64,000 bases of DNA from Dictyostelium discoideum (Eukaryota), in the NCBI GenBank assembly GCA_000004695.1, contig CM000154.2, positions 1,184,001-1,248,000 on the forward strand, in the 5' to 3' direction. Position numbers and translations under genes: made by a program. Of this stretch, positions 1 to 13,900 are shown in pieces. Position 1 is the stretch's first letter. The number at the start of each line of letters is the position of its first letter. Under the pieces are notes generated by a model. It was not told the DNA's origin. It saw nothing but the letters and a program-made list of their open reading frames with translations, and did not search any database.

Positions 1-2027
1 ATAAGAATTTTTGTAAAGAATAAACCAACAATGGTTGTAATTGGTGAAATGAATGAAGAGATGTCGGTAAAAGTTCTTTTTATTAATTGATAGGTTGTCT
101 CTATATAAATGTCTGATACTACATTTGAACTGTACCAAATGTAGATATAAGATATACCTGTAAAAGCATTTGGAATTGAAATTGTTGGTAAAGGTACAGA
201 GGTTACTGATGGTTCATAGGTTGTTATATTGGTACCATCAGCTTGGTGAAATACAGATTTAGTTAATTCTATTGATATATTTGAATTTGGTCTAACAGAA
301 TAAGCTATATCATTTATATAAAGTGTTGCATATGTTAAATCTGGTGAATGGTATTGTGTATTATAATAAGAGATTGTGTAAAGTACAAGAGAATAATTTT
401 GATTTTTTCCAACTAATATAGATCCACCTTCTGAATTGTATGATATAGTTGGGAATCCTTCAATCGATGTTGTATTGCTTGGATAATTTAAAGTTTTATC
501 ACAAGTTGGTGTTTTAAAATCAACATAAGAACCATTTAAAAAACTTGTACATTCCAAGAATTCTTGATTTGGTAATGTTTCTTCCCATCTTAATAAATAT
601 GTTTCTGTTGAATTTCTAACTGATTGAATTGTAAAATTAAATGATGGAAGCTTAAATAAATAATTAATAAATTAAAAATTATATATTAGTATTTTAATTA
701 TTTGTTTTTTTTTTTCCTAATTTTAAAATTTTAAAATAATAATAATAATAATAATAATTACTTCTAAATAATCAATATCATTATATGAAGTTGTAGCTAA
801 TCTATTTTTTAAATCTTTTGTAGCAATAAATATACCAATAACAACTAAAATTAAAGCTGATACTATAATTTGAAAAAGTGAAAATCTAGATAATGAAATA
901 CTATATTTATCTTGTGGAGGTATACCTTCTAAAAGTCTTTTATATTTACTTTCTGAACCCATTGTTTCTTGTTCATTTTTAATTGTTTTTTCATTTTTAT
1001 TTAATAATCTATCGAGGTCACCTTGATCTATAATTGATTTTTCAAGTTTTGTTAATTTTTCTTTTGTAAGACAAGGTTTATCATTTTCTAAAACATAAAA
1101 ATTAAAATGATATAAAACTGCATCTCTAACTGAATTTTCAAACCATGATGTTCTTTTTTTAAATAAAAACTTTTTTGAATAAAATGAGAAAACTAAAGAG
1201 AGAAATACTAGAGTCAATTTACCAATTGAGAATGTATTGATTAAAATTCTAATGAGTAATTGTGGACCAGTCTCTAATGTATAACGTGGTACAATATTGG
1301 ATTGATAAATGATTGAAAGTGAAATTGAGCTACAATTATTTCTCAATTCCAATGTATTACTATATTCTTGACAAACTTTATCATCCAATAATGATGTCAC
1401 CAAATTTGGTATATATCTAAGAGTTTCAACACCTTGATCTATAATCATTTCAGTTTTGAATAAAAGTTCAGCTTTCATTGGACCAACCAAACTATATGCA
1501 TAATCACCAAATCTAAAAACAAATCCTGTACCTTGTGTACTATTATTTAAAATACTTTGGATATTTAAATTTATGTAGGTTTGTTGAAAGGTTAAATTGA
1601 ATGGTTCGACATCTATTCTTTGGTGATAATAAATTGAAGAATTTAAATTTTTATTCTCCTCATTTTCTAAGTTTGGGCAAAGGTATTGACGTTCTGATTG
1701 AGAATAATAACAAGATTCAACCTTGTCATAATCCAATTCATTATAATCTGTTTCCATGGTTAGATTATTCAATGAAAAATAATCCATATTTGAAAAACGT
1801 AGAAATACTGTAAATGATGGTACTTGTACAATATCTCTAATTTCATTGTTTACAAATACTTGTTGGTTTAGAATATCATAAACCAACACTACAAAAAATA
1901 TAATCCATCCAATCGTACCCAAAACACAAAATTGGAATAATAAATGTTTGGTTTTTTGTAAAGAAATACTATCAAAATTTCGAGGTGAATTAAATATTCT
2001 TTCATATAATCTATTTAATTTTCCCAT
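1..2027 (-). CDS. Multi-pass transmembrane glycoprotein, function unknown. Two exons, 3' partial. Exon 1 is 2027..762; intron 761..651; exon 2 is 650..<1.
   Basis: The ORF at 723-2027 has predicted TM helices near both ends, many N-x-S/T sites and Cys residues. Its poly-Ile tail is a read-through into the intron. A GTAATT donor sits after ...YLE at 761. A TTTATTTAAG acceptor at 651 opens a frame (LPSFNFTIQSVRNSTETYLL...IVGLFFTKIL) that stays open to position 1. No recognisable family. Confidence 0.6.
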
Positions 2028-2483
2028 TTTTTGAATTTGATCAAAATAAAAATCTTTTCACAAATGAAAAAAAAAAATTAAAAAAAAAAAATTAAAAATT
2101 AAAAATTAAAATATTCCAAACCAAATCTAAAATATAAGGGGGTCAAATAGAAAATAAAAAAATGAAAGAAAAAAAAAAAAAAGGCGCACAAAATTACTTT
2201 TCAATTTAATGCTGAAATTTTTACATCAAACACCCTTACTAAAATAATTTTATTTTTTTTTATTTTTTTTTTTTTGTTTTTTTTTATTTTTTTTTTTTTT
2301 TTACATTTTTAACAGGTTGGAATGAAAATATCTTGGGCTTATTATTTTAAAAAAAAAATTTTAAGAATTTATGACCTTTTTATTTATTTTTTAAAATATC
2401 CTTGATTATTTTTGTTTTTTTTATTTTATTTTTTTTTATATTTCAATATTTCTTTTTTTAAAAGATATGATTTAAATTTAATT

Positions 2484-3724
2484 ATGCAACAAAATTTCTA
2501 TAGTAATTATACTAATAACAATTATTATAATAATTTTAATAATAATTATAATATAAGGAATAACCATTATTTAAATACAAATGATCATTCTAATAAACCA
2601 CCAATGCCAGAATTTAAAAAAAAATATATTCCAACATTTTTAAATAAATTAATTGGTTTACCACCATCTCATGATCCAGTTAGTTTATTAAAATTTAAAT
2701 TAAAAGTTTTAAAGATTTTAGTAATATGTTTTGGTTTTGTTGCTATGACCACTTCCCTTTCAATTATTAATTTTGAATCAAGATCAACATCATTCAAACT
2801 TGAACACCAAAATCAAACATATGTACCATCAGTTTACTTATTTTTTGAAGTTCCAAACTATAAAGACATATTCGGATTTGAATTTTTAAGGGAAAACGTT
2901 GCAACAGGAGCATATGATGAAATGGTTGTTCAAGGATTAAACTTAAATGATACAGAAGGTTTTACAAAATCTGGTGTATTTCAAAATTGTGTAGATACAC
3001 CAGATTTCAAAGATGGTTTCGTTATTTTAGATATTTTAGATGGTTGTTTATATTTATATGAAAATGAACAATTACTTGTAAGTATTTTTTTTTTTTTTTC
3101 CCAATCAAAATTAAAATTAAAATTAATATTAATATATTTTTTTTAAAAAAAAAAAAAAAAAAATAAAAATAAAAGATAAATATTTATAAATATTCAACAA
3201 ATGATATAGATCCTTGGTTTATTTCTATATATATTGATGATCAACCATTCTATTTAGACAGTACTGTTCAAATGTCAACCTCATTAACTAAATCAATTGT
3301 AACCAGCCAAAATGGTGACACAACTGAAAAATATAAATTATCAAGAGCAATGAGTTACCCCCAGAAAAATGTAACAGTAGGTGATTTAGTCTGTGATATA
3401 TATTCCTATGGCATTTTTTTTTCAAGTCACTTTGTGTTGCAAGAAAAAACTCAAACAAACTTTTTAGTAATAATTTCAATTCTTTCTAATATTGGTTCAT
3501 ATATTTCATATTTATTTATTGGTTCAGAAGTTATCTTTACTATGATAACAAAGTTTCTTATTAGAGACAAATCTGCATGGGTGGATGATGATGTAAGAGA
3601 ATGTATAATTTATCATTCAAATCAAATTAATACTGATAATTTATTAAGTGAAAATGAAAATAAAAATGATGATGATGGTGATGATGATGATGACAACATC
3701 AATGGTAATAATAATAATAATAAC

Positions 3725-3796
<72 letters not shown>

Positions 3797-4021
3797 GATG
3801 GTAATGATACTGATGGTAATGGAAATAATGAAGAAAGTGTAGAACAAAATCAAGGAATAAATGATGACCAAATAGAATTAGAGGGTGATAATGAAGATGG
3901 AGATGAAGATGAAGACAATCCAATAAACCCATTAATTATGAAGGATCAACTGGAAGAAGAAGATGAAAGAGATGAAGAAAGAAATAATTACTTTATTTTA
4001 AAAGATAGATCAATAAAATGA
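2484..4021 (+). CDS. Hypothetical TM protein with an Asn/Asp-rich acidic tail. Two exons: 2484..3077 and 3176..4021.
   Basis: The first in-frame ATG is at 2484 (the ORF track appears to begin some ORFs at TTG; here at 2412). GTAAGT donor at 3078. The acceptor AG at 3174-75 restores the frame of ORF 3272-4021; the stronger-looking ATATAG at 3210 gives an immediate stop. A hydrophobic helix, VLKILVICFGFVAMTTSLSII, is present. A coding (AAT)n run lies at about 3700-3790. Confidence 0.55.
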
Positions 4022-4180
4022 TCAAAATAAATATAAAATTTTTATTGTCCAAAATTAATGGATGATAAGAGAAGAAGACGAATCAGTTTTACAAGCTGTA
4101 CGAAATTAATCGATAATATAAGTTAAATAAACTATGTTTTTTTTTTTTTATTGTTAATTATTTAAAAATATAAACTTTAT

Positions 4181-4309
4181 TTAATTTTTATTTTTATTTC
4201 TTAAAGCAAGAAACATATCAAACTCATCGATAGAGGTTTCATCAATAACTGCTTTGTTGTTATTGTTATTATTTATAATATTACCAGAATTATTTAAGGG
4301 AGGTAATGG

Positions 4310-4369
<60 letters not shown>

Positions 4370-5898
4370 TAAAAATGTTCCAGGGTTACTTGAAGACATA
4401 TGATACATTGAAGGGGTTGGTGGACCAAAATCATTGAATGCCGATGATTGTGATAATGGTGATTGATCGAAAAAGTTTGAAGAGTGATAAGATGCTTGTG
4501 GAATCATACCAGAGCTATTTATTAATGGTGGTAATATTGATGATGTTGATGAAAAACTACTACAATTACTATTATTAATATTGTTGTTATTATTATTATT
4601 TAAATTATTACTTGTACTTGAAACTGACGGTATTTTATTTGAACCAGAAATTGATGAAGGTTGTTGAGCTGAAACAAATTGTGAAAAGAAAACCTCACCA
4701 GATTGAGCTATGCCATTGTTATTGTTACTAATTTGAGGTGTTGAAGTTGGTTCACCAAGTGGCCATCCATCTGTAAAAAATTTATTTCCATTATCAACTT
4801 GACTACCACCTCCACCTATTGGTAATGGTGATGTTGTAATATGAGTTTCCAAAGGATTATTTGAGAAGAAGTCACTACCACTATTTTTAGTTTGATTATT
4901 ATTATTTACAATTGAAGTTGTGTCACTTCCGTTAATGTTGTTGTTGTTATTGATGATGTTATTAGTGTTATTAATAGATTGAGGAGCAGGTGATGAACCA
5001 CTAACATTAATTGCAGAAGAAACACTACCAATAGTTGAAGAAAGTGGTGGTAATGGATTAAAATCATCAGCACCATTACTTGTATTTATTGGTGTTGAAA
5101 TCTGTTCCTCTTGAATTGATTTAACAATTAATGGTTTTGGTAAAGATGAGGAATGTTTTAAGCTTGTACCCAATACCTCCATAACTTTTGAAGAAGTTAC
5201 TTGCGGGAATTCACAATGATTAGTTGTATCATTACTATTTTGATTTGGATCGAATGATGAACCCAATAGAGATGGAGTTCTAACCACTGGATTAACTGTT
5301 GAATATGATCTTTGGTGTCCTCTATGAGAAAGCTTTAAACTCAAAACTGGATTTGGTGAATCTGGTGGTGGCATTAAAACTTTACCACAATTATTAAAAC
5401 CAATATTATTGTTTGTATTAACACCACCACTACTACCACCACCACTACTACCACTACTACCACCACCACCACCACCACCACTGTTATTTAAAGATCCACC
5501 AGAATTATTTAGACCAGATTTTTTAGAAATTGATAATGGAATTGAAAATTGTGATGGGGTTTCAGGTATTTTAAATAGGTTTTTATCGACAGAAGCACAC
5601 CTTTTAAATTCTTCAAACTCTAAATTTGTTGGTGTAAAATTTGAACCATTCATTGTAATAATTGGTGGTGGTGATGAATTACTATCCTTTCTTGGTGGTA
5701 AATTACCTAAATTAGAAACAGACTGACTAACCAATTGTTTATGTGGTAATGTTGGTGATTGTGGAAATAAAAACTCATGAATATCCTCAACCATCAAGTG
5801 ATGTTTATCATCAGGTGAAAACTTTTGATGTAATAATTCCCAAGGTATTGATTTCATTGGTATAAATATTCTTAATGGTCTGCTTGTTAATTTACCAC

Positions 5899-5983
<85 letters not shown>

Positions 5984-7739
5984 TATACTTGTTAAACCTA
6001 CTGTTGATGATGATCTGCTTTTTGTAATTAATCCATTTAATACTAATGATGGTAATTTTGATAATGATTCACTTTGATTTGATAGAATTTGTTTTCTATC
6101 AACACTTGCGCTACTATTAAAACTATTATTATTGTTTATATTATTGTTTATATTATTGTTATTACTATTATTATTATTATTATTATTATTTGCAATATTA
6201 TTATTAATATTATTATTGTTGTTTATATTGTTGTTATTACTAACATTATTGTTGTTATTGTTATTACTAACATTATTGTTGTTGTTGTTGTTGTTATTGT
6301 TATTGTTATTGTTATTGTTATTGTTGTTATTGTTATTGTTGTTATTGTTATTGTTGTTGTTGTTATTATTGTTTATATTATTATTATTATTATTGTTATT
6401 ATTCGCATTACTACCACTGACAGGTAAATTATTTAAATTACTATATCCACTATTATTATAATGACTATTAATGATATGATTAAGTGGGATTATACTATTT
6501 GCAATATCTGATAATGATTTATGATGTGATACAGATGATTTTAAAGGGGATGGTTTTAGTGATGAATCGCCACCACTATTACCACCATGAGATGGACTAC
6601 CCATTGTAAATGATGTTGATGTACTCTTTGTAATTGATGCTCCAGCATTCAATATTCCATTTGCTAATGATGCTAAATTTGATCTCTGTGCGCTTAATGT
6701 TGCTGTAATTAAATTTGAATGTGATGATGTTGGAATTGGTTGAGTTTGTTGTTGCTGCTGTTGTTGTTTTAAATCTGCGATTGTAACTGTTTTCGACCTA
6801 CCTACATTTGATAATGGTGGACTATTACCATTGTTGCTGTTGTTGTTATTTCCATTTCCACCTAAATTGTTGCTGCTACTAACTAAACCAGAAGCTGTAT
6901 TAAATCCATTAGTATTTCCTCTATTTAAACTGCTACTATTAATATTATTACTACTATTATTACTACTATTATTATTATTTATTACCTGACCACGACTGTT
7001 ATTAGTTACAGTACTTGAAGTTACTGATACCGAAGCAAGTGGAGGTCCGTTATTACTGCTATTACTATTATTATTATTATTATTATTACTGCTACCATTA
7101 CTATTACTACTACTACTATTTATACCATTTATTAAAGAAGCCAAGAAAGATCTATCCACACTACCATTGAATCTACCATTAAGTGGGTTTGAAGCTGGTG
7201 ATTTCATAACAGAGAGAGATTGTTGAGGTTGTAATTGTTTTTGTTGTTGTTGTACTTGTTTAGCTAATTTCTCTTTTTCCTTTTCTTTTTCTTTTTCTTT
7301 TTCTTTATTTCTAAGGGTATTATTAATTGAAGCTGTAACAGGATGTTTTAAATCATAAATTACTGCTTCTTTTTCAAAAATACCTGGGGGTGTAACACCT
7401 TTAAAATAATACTCTTCTCTCTCTGCTATGAATCTTTCAAACATTTGTGATGAACAAAATACATTAAAGAACTAAAATTAAAATTAAAAAAAAAAAAAAA
7501 AAAAAAAAATTACAAATTAGTATTTTTCTGTTTTTTTTACTTTTTTTTTTTTTCAATTATTAACTTACCTTTGTTGGAGTTATAAGTTGAGAATCAATGA
7601 AAGAAATTTTATCAAAAATCATTTTCTTTTTATCCATATCCTTTAAAAAGAACCTTCTATATGTACCCAATACTGTTACAAAAAATTTTCTAAATGTTTC
7701 AACTATTATTTTATTATCATAATGTTTATTTTCTAATTG

Positions 7740-7770
<31 letters not shown>

Positions 7771-8296
7771 AATATTTAATATTTATAAAATTAAATTAAA
7801 ATTTAAAACAAAGCACACCTACTTTTCCAATCAAGTATTTGTAATTCTAAACAATGTTTTAAAGGTTGTAATAAAATTGAAGGGAAAATTGCAATATCTT
7901 CTGGTAAAGGTAAAACTTGATCCTTATCTAAATCGACGAAAACTATTTCATTCAATGGTTTTCTTCTAATTGGTGCCAATAGTGATGAATGAATACCAAT
8001 TATGAATGGCATTGGAGCTGTACAATAATCCAATAATGATCTTGGTAAAATTGGAATGAATATATGTTGCCATGCAAATGGATCCAATAATGATACAATA
8101 GCATTTATAAATTTACTAACTCTATTAATATTCTCTGAATAAATTATAACTCTTCTTTCAAATAATAATGATATAAATAAGTGTAATAATTTTTGTGAAC
8201 TTAATGTTTCAATTAATGGTTGTAATGTTCCCTAAATATTAAAAAAAAAAAAATTAAAAAAAAAAAAAAAAAAGTTAATATATATTATAAAAACAA

Positions 8297-8335
<39 letters not shown>

Positions 8336-9059
8336 TTTATACATACATCATGTAATGAAGATTTATCAGTTGAAACTGGTCTTTTTAAAGTATATGATAC
8401 AGGTAAATTTGTTGGTTTTTTATCAGAGATGAAAGGATTGTCATAAATGTAAACAGTAAAGGAGTCACCTGGTGCTGGTATAACTGATAGGAGTGAGGCG
8501 GCTAAGAAATTATGAATCTCGTCTATTGAAACACGATAACGAGTTTCCAATATTTCCAACATTGATCCAAATGTGCTTGACCATGCATGATGACTTATTA
8601 TGCATAAACATTCCAATATTTTATTACCACCGCTACCATCGGGTTGTTGAGGTTGTTGAGTTAAAATACGTTTTGTAAAACCAAACTGTTGTTTACCTTC
8701 TCTATCTGTTAATACAAATGTAAACATACTATCTGTAACTCTAGTACTAGTACCACTGTATTGAATATATGTTTTATCTATTTCTTCAGGAAAACAAAAC
8801 AATGGTACATTTGGATCGACTGTATCTGGTGGATATATATCTTTAACATATGGTACTATCGATTGTTGTACTCCACCATTTGCTCCATCTTTTTCAACTA
8901 ATAAATTAATAAACAATTAATAATCAAACTTCTACAAATATTACTTATTATTATTATTATTATTGTGGCTACGTTGTTGTGGTTACTAAAATAATATATT
9001 AACTTACCCTCCTTTAAAGAAACTAATAGAAATTGATCAAATAATAGTTTTTTTGACAT
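4181..9059 (-). CDS. DENN-domain protein (uDENN, cDENN and dDENN in the N-terminal part) followed by a ~1000-aa Asn/Ser/Gln-rich low-complexity tail. Five exons: 9059..9008, 8897..8347, 8231..7823, 7732..7569, 7471..4181.
   Basis: The encoded core reads LLFERRVIIYSENINRVSKFINAIVSLLDPFAWQHIFIPILP...FVDLDKDQVLPLPE. Upstream it reads FCFPEEIDKTY...FTFVLTDREGKQQFGFTKR. All donors are of the GTAAGT type (GTAAGTT, GTATGT, GTAGGT, GTAAGTT), all acceptors are AG, and all phases are consistent (1,0,1,0). Exon 1 encodes MSKKLLFDQFLLVSLKE. Exon lengths sum to whole codons. Confidence 0.85.
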
Positions 9060-9220
9060 GCCAAGTTAAATAAACTATTACAAATAATAAATATTTAATT
9101 TAATAAATATTTATAATTGTATTTATAACCTTGGCTCAGTATTTATTTATAAATTATAATGGTATTTATGTTTTATGTGTAGTTTTTTTATTCTTTTTTT
9201 TTTTCTTTGTTTATTTCTTT

Positions 9221-9300
9221 CTTTCTTTATTTCTTTCTTTCTTTATTTCTTTCTTTCTTTCTTTCTTTATTTATTTATTTATTTATTTATTCTCTTTTTT
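9221..9300. repeat. (TTTC)n/(TTTA)n tetranucleotide repeat block in the DENN-gene upstream spacer
   Basis: ctttctttatttctttctttctttatttctttctttctttctttctttatttatttatttatttatttattc, read directly. Confidence 0.9.
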
Positions 9301-10945
9301 TTTTTTTTTTTTTATTATTCTTTGGTATAGTTTTTAATAGTGTGTGTAGTAATAGTATATAATAATAATAATAAATAATAATAATAATATAGTAAAAAAG
9401 GAGAGCGTGAAAGTTTTTACTATAAAATTAATTTATTAATTAAAAAAATTAATATTGTTTGTTATTGTGCTTATTTTTAGGTTTTTTTTTTTTTTTTTAT
9501 TTTATTTTATTTAAATTTGTCTTTTTTTCCTTTTTTTTTGTTTTGTTTTTGTTTATCTCCTTATTTATTTTAATTATTTATTATCGGAAATAAAAAAAAA
9601 TAATATAAATAGATTTTTATTATTTATATATTGTATAAAAATATTTGTACATATAAGTTGAGGTGTGTGTATGTTTTTGCGAATTTTATAAATACAAAGA
9701 AAAAAATAAAAAATAAAAATTTTGCTTTGTGTTACGAATGGGTGTATTTTGAGTTGAATGTGTAATAGATTCAAAAAATAAATTTTAAAAAAAAAAAATT
9801 TTCAAAAAAATATTAAAAATAAAAATAAAAAAACAATAAAAAAAAAAAATAATAATAATAATAACAATATGACAAAAAGTGATGGGGTTTTTGATTTCTT
9901 TTTTTTTCTTTTTTTTTTTAATGGCGTTGGAGAAAAAAAAAAAAAATTAAAAAAAAAAAAAATAAAAAAATAAAAAAAGGATTTTTTCATTTTTTTTTAA
10001 TTTTTTTTTATTTAAAAAAAAAAAAAAATATATATAAATAAAAATAAAAATAATAAAAAAAAAATAAAGTTAAAATAAGAAAATTTGGATACTACATTTA
10101 AATTTCCAGGGAAGTTAAAACTTTTTTTTTTTTGGGAATTAATTTAATTTAAAAATTTTTAACCTTTATAAAAAAAAATGAAATGATAAAAAAAATTTAT
10201 ATCCAATAGTCTAAAAATAAAAAAAAATTGTTAGTATAATTGAGAATTCTACCCATAAAAATTTTTTATGTTGGGATTAAATTTTTAAAAATAGATTAAA
10301 AAAAAAACCAAAAAAAAAAAAAAAAAAAAAAAAAAACAGAAAGTAAAAAAAAAAAAAATTAAACAAAATTAAACAAAATTAAACAGAGAAAAATTCCTGG
10401 TTGAATTTTTTTTTTTTTTTTTTTTCATTGGGTGGCACCAAAGTCGTTCCATAAAATATCATGTCACAAAAAAAAAAAAAAAAAAAAAAAAAAATCAAAA
10501 AAAAAATCAAAAAATAAAATAAAAACAAAAATCAAAAATTAAGATTGTAAGATTAAAATCAAATGAATAATAAATAAAATTTATTAAATAAAACAAATAT
10601 TTAGTAACCCCGTTTTATATGTGGTATTTATTTTAAAAATAGATTTTTTTTTTAAAAAATAAAAAAAAAAAAAAAAAAAAAAAAGTTAAGAAAATCTCTA
10701 TAAAAAGAAAAAATTGAAATCTGATAATTTAATTAATAACAAAAAATTAGTATAGTTTATTAAATAAAAAAAAAAAAAATAAAATTAAATAAAATAAAAT
10801 TAAAACATAATATAATTTTATAATTATTTTATTTTATTTTATTTTAATACATTGTTTATAACTTGTTTATTTTTTTAATTTAATTTTATTTTGAGATATG
10901 AATATTTTTAAAAAAGATAATTATTCATTCAATATTATCATATAT

Positions 10946-13900
10946 TTAATCAGTAGTATCAGAGGCAGATTGGTAGAGTGGATTTTCAGCGGCAGATGCA
11001 GATTGTTCATAAAGTGGATTAGAGCTAACACCATCACCAAGGAAAGCGGCTTCACTAAAGAAAGTATCAGTTGGTGGTGCAGCTTTTCTTAATAATCTCC
11101 AAGCTGCGGCAGCAATTAAAGCAGTACCAGCGGCAGCACCAGCAATAGCACCTGTTAAAACGGTCTTATTGTCATTGGTTTGAGTGGTGGTTTCTGCTTC
11201 TTCAAATGTGACATCAACATAACCAGTTGCATTCATATGTGATTGAGCTCTAATGGCTGATGGTGCATTGTAACCTAAATCATCAACAAAGAGTTTAAGA
11301 CGATAGTTACCAGCAGTTACAGCATTGACAGTAATTGTTTGAATTGATTCATTGAGAGCAGATTTAGTATCGAGACATGAAATAGATGCAAGTGAAGTGT
11401 GGAGTTCACAATTTTGCATTCTTTTGAGTGAGATTTTAATATCTTCAAGTGATGCAACATTTTCATCATTTTCACCAACAATTGAAACTACAATTGAAAC
11501 ATTATTGCTTTTACCGGAATCTGGATCATCAAATTGAACATTTTCAACTGAAAGGGCTAACTTGGTAGTGGTGGAATAGGTTTTATTTCCGGCAAGAACA
11601 AATGGTGGAATGTTATATCTGTTAACGTTGATAACTGCTGTTAAGGTTGGTGAATCGAGACCACCATTATCTGTCATGAAAAATGGAATACGTACATAGC
11701 TATTACCAGATGAATCCGGGACAGGTGAATATACAACATAGTAATAGCCATCACTACTTTGCTCGACAGTTGTATGGTTACGATCAATAATAGAGCCTTT
11801 TAAGTCTGGTACAGTTTCATCTTTGGTATATAAAGTACCACGAAGTGCTGTGGTGACTGTTGAAAGTAATGGAGTGACTTGATCAACATCAACATCACTA
11901 CCAGTGTATTTGATTAAAACGGATGTATTGATATTCATATTGACAATATAGGTTGAGTCAAATAATACCTCACCATTATCTTTGGAAGTGTCATCTAAAA
12001 CCTTGTAACTAATTAATTGGATTGTTGGTGGTTGATTGACATGAATAACATTGACGGTGATAGTGTAAAGTTCAGAGTAAAGATCACCATCAAACAATTT
12101 GAATTCAATAAAATCGAAATCATTACCATATTCATTATGTGGTGGCATGTATGCAAAATTGTAAGAGGTTGAACCAGTTTGTGAATTTGGATAGGATGTA
12201 ATTTCTGTATCCATAGTACCTTCGCTACCCATGCTATGGGCAATTGATAAAGTACCTCTACCAGAGAATTTCAAAACTTGAATATTAACTTCAGAACCAC
12301 CATTTCCAACTTTACCTTGAACGTTTAATGGATAACGAGTGTTTTGTAAAACATCAATTACATCGGCTCCGGTGTAAACTGGTGGATTTCTTGGTCTGAC
12401 ACTAAAGGTAACTACGTCTGAATCTGATACAAGACCTTGTTGATCAACAACAGAGTATGGAATTGAATCTAATGGACCAATGTTATCAATGGTATTCCAA
12501 TTGGAAAGACCCGCATTTGGTTTGTATGAAAGAGCATCTAATTCGTAAGTTTCTTCACCAATTAATTTTGATGTAAGAACAACATTACCATTCAAAAGTT
12601 GACCATTGGCTGGGAGAGCATAAATCTTAGCTTTGAGGTCTGATGGCGATTCAATATCAGTACCATTGAATGTGAATGGTTCGGTTGTATCTTGATCGAG
12701 TTCAACTTGAATACCTTTTGTAGTTGGTGGAGTGTTAATATAGGTAAATTGGACAAAACCAGTTACATTACCAGTTGATAATACACCATATGGAGTGGTT
12801 AATTTAGAATCATCTTTACAGCTAATTATAAAGGAATCAGAGAAACTACTGAATGGAGTTGGTGAAATTTTAGATGCATCCAATAATTTGAAACTATAAC
12901 TATTGCTTGAGAGCGATTTTGGAAGGGTGGTAATTAATTCATTTTCTGAATCGTACATACTGATTTGCTTTGGAGCTGCTTGAACTGAACATAATACATT
13001 ATCACCATCAAAATCATAGGTAACCAATGTTTGAGTTTCACCAGCACCACTTTGAGATGTGAATGAGTAGGAATTGACTGTTAAAGTTGGTTTATGATTA
13101 ATTGGGTTAACAGTGACGGTTGTACTTTCAACTGATGACGTTTCTTTGAAAGTATCCATAACTTGATATGAATAACTATCAGTACCCTTGAAACCAGGAT
13201 TTGGTCTATAGTAATGAGTGAATGGTGCGTTTCCTTGAGTGGCAACGTTGTTACCATTTTGGACAGTAACTAAAATACCATTTGATGGTGGAGTGGTAAT
13301 AATAGCAATTAAATTATTAACATTTGGTGGATTGTAATCATCGATATCAGCATCGGTACCAGTTACAACATGTGCATCAGAATCTAAATAATCTTGATAA
13401 ACACTGTAATCTTGAATTTTAGTTACAACTGGTGCAACATTGGCACGATCTCCAACAATATTTACAACAACAGAGACAGTGTTTGATTCTAAACCTTCAT
13501 CATCAGTTGATGTGAATGAAATGGATGCATAATTTGAAATTGCGGAAGGTTCTCCATTGGTGAAACAAATAAGTTTATTGGCTTTTGTTGAAGAGTATGA
13601 GATACCAGAGAATTGATCTTTAAGAGAAATAATGGTGCTATCAGATGAACCAGAAGTACATGAACAATCATTAGTTGAACAGGTGTAGAAATTACCATTA
13701 TTACCATTTTTAATTGCAGTAATGGTGAATAATGCTTTTGTGGAATCTGAATCAGTTGATACCAAAGTTAATGAAACAGAACCTCTTGGAATTACTGAAA
13801 TTGGTGATGTTGATGATGAAACTGGTGCTACATTTGCATGTTGAATCTTGAAAGAAACTGAACAAGAAGCTTGTGAGAATGCATTTGATGTATCAATAGC

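Noticed and set aside
3644-3932. Overlapping ORFs encoding poly-Ile, poly-Tyr or poly-Met across the (AAT)n tract (3644-3871, 3648-3842, 3699-3932). Similar poly-Leu/poly-Ile ORFs occur at 6089-6461, 38128-38667 and 63040-63196.
   Set aside because: They are alternative-frame translations of trinucleotide repeats that sit inside genuine poly-Asn coding tracts of the host genes.
9060-10945. tRNA, 5S or other small RNA genes in the spacers. GC-richer patches were examined at 10430-10460, 10600-10625, 24760-24860, 48560-48600 and 56215-56240.
   Set aside because: None shows a tRNA-like acceptor/T-arm arrangement, a 3' CCA context, or length and GC typical of Dictyostelium tRNAs. Treated as promoter-proximal islands. 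The search was by eye only, so a snoRNA-sized element could be missed.
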